Below are positions 58,630 through 64,000 of a DNA stretch of 64,000 bases, piece by piece (position 1 is the stretch's first letter; each line of letters opens with the position of its first letter). The DNA is from Bacteroidota bacterium (GTDB lineage: Bacteria > Bacteroidota > Ignavibacteria > Ignavibacteriales > Ignavibacteriaceae), in contig JAJYDC010000012.1 of assembly GCA_021777835.1 (NCBI GenBank), positions 3,295-67,294 of the forward strand. The letters are read 5' to 3'. The notes under the pieces were generated by a model, which searched no databases, was not told the DNA's origin, and saw only the letters and a program-made list of their open reading frames with translations. The position numbers and the translations under genes were made by a program.

Positions 58630-59124
58630 ATGGCTTTAAAAAGAAGAAAAAAAGATTTAACATTCTTAGAGAAAATATATATACCTGAGATTGCAAAGGG
58701 ATTAGCATTAACATTTAAGAATATGCTAAAGCCGAAGTTCACTATGCAATATCCGGAAGAGAAGTTTATACCACCTCCGTCATATCGGGGTAGGCCGGTG
58801 CTTGTTATGGAAAATAATGGAGTGGAAAGATGTGTCGCTTGTGGGCTATGCTCACGAGTATGCCCGCCACTGGCAATTGAAGTTCAGGCAGCTGAGACTG
58901 AGAGGGAAAAAGAAAGATATCCCATTAAATTTGAGATCAATATGCTTCGCTGTATTTTCTGCGGACTTTGCGAGGAAGTCTGCCCTGAAGAAGCAATTGT
59001 TATGAGTAAAGACTATGAGCTCGCATTCACTAACAGAGGTGATGCTCTTTATGGAAAAGATAAGTTATTAACTCCGGTAAATCAGCTCCAAGATCGGATC
59101 GATTTTCTTCGGAATTACAAGTAA
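58630..59124 (+). CDS. nuoI: NADH-quinone oxidoreductase subunit I
   Basis: It has two 4Fe-4S motifs (CVACGLCSRVCP and CIFCGLCEEVCP) and a typical N-terminus. Confidence 0.9.
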   Translation: MALKRRKKDLTFLEKIYIPEIAKGLALTFKNMLKPKFTMQYPEEKFIPPPSYRGRPVLVMENNGVERCVACGLCSRVCPPLAIEVQAAETEREKERYPIKFEINMLRCIFCGLCEEVCPEEAIVMSKDYELAFTNRGDALYGKDKLLTPVNQLQDRIDFLRNYK

Positions 59125-59218
59125 AAGGAGATAGCACTGAGTTTTATCTTTATAAAATTTAAGTTAATGAATTTGTTTTAGTTCTATTCTATTTAGATGC
59201 TATTATGAAAGGGGAGAG

Positions 59219-60274
59219 ATGCTTTCAAAAATACTATCCAGTTCAACTATTGGTATTGATGCCTACCTTGTTGAAGTTGAAACAAATGTAGAGAAACAAT
59301 TACCTGTAATAATCATTGTCGGATTACCGGATAATGTTGTTAAGGAAAGTAAAGAACGTGTAGTTGCCGCTATTAAGAATAGTGGCTTTGCATTTCCAAT
59401 AAAGAAAATCACAATTAATATGGCGCCTGCCGATATTAAGAAAGAGGGGAGTTCGTTTGACCTGCCGATTGCAATAGGTATTTTAACAGCAACAAACATT
59501 GTTCAAATAGAATATACAAGCGATACAGTATTCCTTGGTGAGCTTTCATTGGACGGTGCACTTCGCCCGATAAAGGGTGCGCTTCCGATTACAGTAGAAG
59601 CAAAAAAAAGAGGGATAAAAAGAATTATATTGCCAATGGATTCAGCTAAGGAGGCATCGATAGTTGATGGTATTGATGTTTACGGGATGGAAAATCTTCT
59701 TGAAGTAGTTAAGTTTATAAACAATGAAATAGACAAAGAGAAAATTTTCACTGATAGGAATGAGCTCTTTTCTCAGATCAATTTATATCATTTAGATTTT
59801 TCCGATGTTAAGGGGCAGGAGAATGTAAAGCGAGCATTGGAAGTTGCTGCAGCGGGTGCACATAATATTCTGATGATTGGTCCACCGGGGTCCGGTAAAA
59901 CAATGCTTGCAAAAAGGATTCCTTCAATACTTCCTCCGATGTCATTTGACGAAGCTTTAGAGACAACAAAGATACATTCGATTGCAGGTATAATTCCGAA
60001 GGAACAGTCGCTGATAACGGAGCGTCCTTTTAGAAGTCCGCATCATACAGTATCGGATGCTGCACTAGTTGGAGGCGGATCATTCCCGCGTCCAGGGGAG
60101 GTTTCTTATGCACATCACGGAGTATTGTTCTTAGATGAGTTGCCGGAATTTAAAAAGAATGTTTTAGAAGTTTTACGTCAGCCGCTTGAGGACTCAAGGG
60201 TAACAGTAAGCCGCTCGAAGTTATCGTTAGAATTCCCGGCAAATTTTATGCTTGCTGCGGCAATGAATCCGTGA
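59219..60274 (+). pseudogene. comM: comM/yifB (Mg-chelatase-like AAA+ competence helicase), truncated at residue 351 by an insertion
   Basis: The N-terminal Lon-like domain ([13 protein letters not shown]...[14 protein letters not shown]) and the AAA+ core ([20 protein letters not shown]) are intact. The ORF stops right after FMLAAAMNP, where family members continue CPCG... About 150 C-terminal residues are missing. Confidence 0.8.
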
Positions 60275-61760
60275 AGTTGCGTTGCCCATTTGACATCAAT
60301 TTCTGAGAAGGGGTGATGTAGGCGAGATTGATGCTGATCTCATCGCTTCCGATATCTATTTTTTCCGTTATGGTCTCAATGATCTTGCGTTTATCTTCCC
60401 GCTCCAATTTGTTCCATCGGGAATAAAGGTCTTTCGCTTCATGGATGACTTCGTCTTGCGAAAGGTATTGAATCTTAAGAAAATCAAGCTCGCCCTGGAG
60501 TTCCGGAATTTGCTTTTCTATTTGTTGCCGTCGGTCGTCTATTGGTCGGTAATGTGACCCAAAGCCTTCTTTAGGAATTTCGCCGTCAAGATAGAGACGC
60601 ATCATATGATCCAATTCCTCTTTGAGTTTCTTTGATTCTTTCACGAGCGATTCCAAGAGTTCTTCTTTTTCTTTGATTTGGATATCCGCTTGGCGTAAAG
60701 ACTTCATAATTTCTTCAGGTGAAAAGACATACGTTTTCAGCTGTTCGTGGAATATCGTTTCCAAATCTTCTACGCTGATTTTATTATGGCATTGGTAGCA
60801 CGTATATTTGGGCGAATTTGAAGGAACATACATTTTGGCGCCGCAGGTGCAATAGGTGAATCCGCTAAAAAGATGCACCGCTCTTTTGCCCGGTTTCTTA
60901 TTAGTTTTCTCCTGTTCATCCAGGATTGCGTTGCATCCGTTCCAAAGTTCTTCGCTGAGAATTGGAGGTACCGGCAAGGTTACCCAATCCGTTTCAGACT
61001 TGAGTTCCCATTTTTTATTCTCTCCCAAACTTTTCGTGTAGTTCAAACGGTGCTCTCCTTTGGATGTGGGGTCGCGAAGTAATCGAGAAATGGTGGTATC
61101 GGAAAAACCTGATCCGTTGCGAGTGCGATGCCCTTGCTCATTCAATAACCGGGCGACCGTTTTTTTTCTTTTGTGCTCAAGAAAAAGTTCGAAGAGAAGT
61201 TTTAGAATCGGTGCTTCCTCTGAATTCGGCACAAGTTTTTTCTCCACCCATTGATATCCGAATGGTGCCCGTCCTCCTAACGGTTTTCCCAACTTTGCCC
61301 GTATGGGAACTGATACAGAAACACGTTCAGCAATCTCCTCACGCTCCCACTGAGCCATGGCGGCTATCATGGTGTAGAAAAGACGCCCTGCCGGCGTAGA
61401 GGTATCAATCGCTTCCTGAAGCGAAACAAGGTCTGCACTGTAAATATTAAATATCTCGGCGAATTCAAGAAGCTCTCTCGTGTTTCGTGCGAGCCGGGCA
61501 AGTTTTGAGAATATGAGTCCGGTAATCCGGCCGTTCTTGATATCTTCGAGCATCCGCTTGGTTTCAGGATATCCCATCACCGTCTTTCCGCTCAACGCTT
61601 CAAGATGATAGACTTCTTGTACGTTCCATCCTTTCGCTTCAGCATAGAGCCTGGCTCGTTTCTCATGATGTTCTGGGCTTTCCCCTCTCGCCTGATCTTC
61701 AGTTGATACTCGAATCCAGATTCCTACGGATTTTCCATGATCGTCTGCTATATGTTTCAT
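60246..61760 (-). CDS. Large serine recombinase (integrase)
   Basis: It has the resolvase catalytic motif ([12 protein letters not shown]), a recombinase domain, a zinc-ribbon (CTCGAKMYV...CYQCHNK) and a long coiled-coil tail. An RBS (GGAGGAAGGG) precedes the ATG. It is markedly more GC-rich than its surroundings. Confidence 0.85.
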   Translation of the reverse strand: MKHIADDHGKSVGIWIRVSTEDQARGESPEHHEKRARLYAEAKGWNVQEVYHLEALSGKTVMGYPETKRMLEDIKNGRITGLIFSKLARLARNTRELLEFAEIFNIYSADLVSLQEAIDTSTPAGRLFYTMIAAMAQWEREEIAERVSVSVPIRAKLGKPLGGRAPFGYQWVEKKLVPNSEEAPILKLLFELFLEHKRKKTVARLLNEQGHRTRNGSGFSDTTISRLLRDPTSKGEHRLNYTKSLGENKKWELKSETDWVTLPVPPILSEELWNGCNAILDEQEKTNKKPGKRAVHLFSGFTYCTCGAKMYVPSNSPKYTCYQCHNKISVEDLETIFHEQLKTYVFSPEEIMKSLRQADIQIKEKEELLESLVKESKKLKEELDHMMRLYLDGEIPKEGFGSHYRPIDDRRQQIEKQIPELQGELDFLKIQYLSQDEVIHEAKDLYSRWNKLEREDKRKIIETITEKIDIGSDEISINLAYITPSQKLMSNGQRNFTDSLPQQA

Positions 61761-62341
61761 CCCTTCCTCCAGAGTTTCAAAATCAATGCTGCATATCTAA
61801 GAATTTCGGGGCACAAAAACAATGACATTGATTTCCCAAAAGGCGTTCATTTTTTAAAAATAAAAACCCAATACGCATGCTTCATCATGTTTCCTCCTGA
61901 GAATAGAGAATTTTTATAAATTTTTAATTTGCGACTTAGAAGCAATAGTTATTAAATGTACTATTAAAACAGAATTAATCTATCAAAAACAATAGAAAAT
62001 ATTCAGTGCTAGTTTGAATCTGTTGCATTTTAATTATAGGAAAAATGATTTTCCGGGTTATTTTGAATATTAAGCTATTATTAATTTCTACCCCATTTAT
62101 TGACTCGCAATTTATTTCTCCATAACTTCATCACAAGCAATTTTACTAACAACCATTCTGAGTAATAAAAGTATGGTTTATGAAATTAAGAGTCTCTTTC
62201 GTTTTTTATATAGCAACTCGAGTAAGTTATCTTTTCTTCATATGTTTTTAATCAAATCTTTTACTCTCAATAACAGGAAAGGTTGGGGAAAATCTTTTAA
62301 ACTTCAATCATTTTAATAAATTTTTTAAAAAGAGATATACA

Positions 62342-63088
62342 ATGAAAAACTTTAAAATAATTTTTGTGCATATTATTTTCTTGATTGTTTTCGTCTTTAC
62401 TTTAACATGTGAAGCACAAATTAATCCTGTGTATAAAATAATGAAACTGAGGGGATGGATTTCTCCTCTTGAAAAAGATTTGGGAAAATTGACTCCCGAT
62501 CAATACGAAAAAGAAGTTCTCGTCAGCATGGGGTATAACGATACCACAGTCACAAAACTTCAAAAAGCTGGTGTCAATCTCTTATCCTTACACAAACGAT
62601 CTGGGCATTGGAATGAGAAAACATGGGCAGCACTTTCTGACTGTATTATTATAGGTACGGTCTCACGTATTGAGCATCCGTTTGGCGAAAAGTCTTGGTT
62701 TCATACGGTAGCATATGTTCGGGTAGAGGAGTTTCTTAGAAATGATTATAACCTTCCTAAAATGCAAATCCCTGTACTGTTAGTATCAGGACCAACAGGA
62801 ACAGGACAAACAGCAATTGAGATAGGTGAAGATACACTTGGAATCGGTGAGCATGTTTTGCTTTATCTTAGCGCCTGTTCATTAATACGTTTTGCCTCAA
62901 ATAATCACATGCATAATTTGTACAATCAATTGATAAATGATTCAACAATAAAATTTAGTATTGTTGCTAAATTTAATATAGAAACTGGAAAAGTGATTTC
63001 TCGAAACAGGGAAAGAAACTTAAATAATGTAAGAAGCGAAATTAAGACAGTGCTAACAACCATACACCCTAAATTGTCGAATAAATAA
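62342..63088 (+). CDS. Secreted hypothetical protein
   Basis: A 248-aa ORF with a signal peptide (MKNFKIIFVHIIFLIVFVFTLTCEAQ). I recognise no motifs in it. Confidence 0.5.
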   Translation: MKNFKIIFVHIIFLIVFVFTLTCEAQINPVYKIMKLRGWISPLEKDLGKLTPDQYEKEVLVSMGYNDTTVTKLQKAGVNLLSLHKRSGHWNEKTWAALSDCIIIGTVSRIEHPFGEKSWFHTVAYVRVEEFLRNDYNLPKMQIPVLLVSGPTGTGQTAIEIGEDTLGIGEHVLLYLSACSLIRFASNNHMHNLYNQLINDSTIKFSIVAKFNIETGKVISRNRERNLNNVRSEIKTVLTTIHPKLSNK

Positions 63089-63117
63089 AAGCTTAATATT
63101 TTAGAAGGAATGATATC

Positions 63118-63999
63118 ATGAATTTGCGCTCTTTTAAACTTACGTGGACATTTATTTTTTTTGCACTTTTATATTCACCTTGGATTTTTGCACAATGTTA
63201 TGTCGCTAATGGTGTGAGATGGCCAGCTAATGCGAGCACGGTTACGTACCACATAAACAGCGGTCTTGCTACTTCATTCGCCACTCAACAAGATTATGAA
63301 AATGCTATCGACTCGGCTGCTGCACAATGGGATAATGCAGGCGCCAACTTTAAATTCGCCAAAGGTTCTGATGTAAATTATAGTCAAGGCAACGAACCCA
63401 GCGACATCTCTCAGGTTGGATATTATATTAATGACCAAGATTCAAGCAATGCAATCACTGTACCTTATGTTTGGGATGGTACCGATACGCTTGCGAAAGT
63501 TGAGACTTATCTCAACCAAGCCTATATTTTCTCAGCTAATCCAAATAGTGATGAGCTTGATATCTGGACTACTGCTGCACACGAATTTGGCCATTGGCTT
63601 GATCTATTAGATGAGACCGATCCTTCTTGTTCTCAAAATGTAATGTATAAGTATTTAGCCAATGGTAATACTTCACGCCGATACCTAACCCAAGATGATA
63701 AAGATGGAATAATCTCTATCTACGGAGATGCAATAACTGGTATAAAGGATTACATTACTATAACTGAAGATTTAAATTATTATAATGTAAATCAATACTA
63801 TTTGAATTATATCCATGCCAGCTTTGTTGATGAGGACGGCGATGGAGGTAGCGAAGGAATCACAAGTTGGGATAATTGGCAAATCAAAGCTAGTTATAGT
63901 TGTGGAGAAGTTTTATTGTATGATAATCCGAGTCCTGATTTTGAATTACCAAATTTACCTTCTGGGTATTTATGGAATAGAGATGCCAATGGTTACGTA
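63118..63999 (+). CDS. Secreted metzincin (matrixin/M10-like) zinc metalloprotease; C-terminus lies outside the window
   Basis: This ORF is not in the supplied track because it has no stop codon before the window end. The ATG at 63118 has GAAGGAA upstream. It has a signal peptide (MNLRSFKLTWTFIFFALLYSPWIFAQ), the zinc motif HEFGHWLDLLD, a Met-turn (NVMYKY) and LTQDDKDGIISIYG. Confidence 0.7.
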   Translation, partial: MNLRSFKLTWTFIFFALLYSPWIFAQCYVANGVRWPANASTVTYHINSGLATSFATQQDYENAIDSAAAQWDNAGANFKFAKGSDVNYSQGNEPSDISQVGYYINDQDSSNAITVPYVWDGTDTLAKVETYLNQAYIFSANPNSDELDIWTTAAHEFGHWLDLLDETDPSCSQNVMYKYLANGNTSRRYLTQDDKDGIISIYGDAITGIKDYITITEDLNYYNVNQYYLNYIHASFVDEDGDGGSEGITSWDNWQIKASYSCGEVLLYDNPSPDFELPNLPSGYLWNRDANGYV

Positions 64000-64000
64000 A

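Larger units (their letters stand above)
60272..64000. mobile_element. Left end of an integrated element (prophage or genomic island) inserted in comM; the right end lies beyond the window
   Basis: The serine recombinase abuts the comM truncation point, and no comM 3-prime part is present in the remaining 3.7 kb. The left boundary is approximate (about 60272). The extent to the right is unknown. Confidence 0.5.

Noticed and set aside
61847-61888. A 13-codon mini-ORF (MMKHAYWVFIFKK) with a strong AGGAGG RBS, upstream of the recombinase on the minus strand.
   Set aside because: It is too short to evaluate. It could be a leader peptide or a chance occurrence, and it cannot be supported without conservation or ribosome profiling data.
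1-64000. A search for tRNA, rRNA, tmRNA, SRP RNA and RNase P genes in the intergenic regions.
   Set aside because: I saw no T-loop-type GGTTCGAATCC-like sequence, no SRP GGAAGCAGC-like motif and no rRNA-like conserved block in any spacer. By-eye scanning is insensitive, so tRNAscan-SE or Infernal should confirm this.

Overview
This is a 64-kb chromosomal window from a low-GC bacterium. Hand counts of coding lines give about 30-37% G+C. The gene content (DUF4252 modules next to an ECF sigma factor, GH92/GH125 mannosidases, a sigma-54 activator, a split nuo cluster) suggests an FCB-group, Ignavibacteria-like organism, but I cannot verify that without a search. I support about 58 protein-coding genes and found no rRNA, tRNA or CRISPR array.

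Layout, left to right:
- 2-5974: a CBM9/DUF5916-like protein, an ECF sigma / anti-sigma / 2x DUF4252 module, and a small outer-membrane barrel.
- 5981-7786: an uncharacterized 601-aa protein with FabK/nitronate-monooxygenase-like motifs.
- 7787-8662: an unusually long intergenic region with a helically phased repeat array.
- 8663-12262: an operon encoding a NrfC/HybA-like 4x[4Fe-4S] protein and a NrfD/HybB-like membrane subunit with no catalytic partner. It also encodes three accessory proteins that share a TM[YQ]DGG motif, two of them with a GcvH fold that lacks the lipoyl lysine.
- 12382-15877: a sensor kinase whose periplasmic domain carries heme-c motifs, a sigma-54 NtrC-type activator, and a translationally coupled archaemetzincin.
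- 15889-31366: housekeeping genes (kbl-tdh, fumC, metF, ddl, ftsB-like, rarA, dprA and others).
- 32830-46765: a Wzx/Wzy-type polysaccharide locus, followed by accA.
- 48078-53241: a GH125-GH92-GH47 alpha-mannosidase trio, followed by an M16 peptidase and ald.
- 55857-59124: nuoGHI.
- 59219-60274: a comM/yifB gene cut off exactly at the conserved AAMNP|CPCG position by an inserted element. The element opens with a GC-rich large serine recombinase (60246-61760) and runs off the right edge carrying secreted proteins.

The best candidate for an undescribed system is the sigma-54 / heme-sensor-controlled NrfCD module with its TM[YQ]DGG partners. The second is the serine-recombinase element splitting comM.

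All family assignments come from reading motifs by eye, not from database searches.
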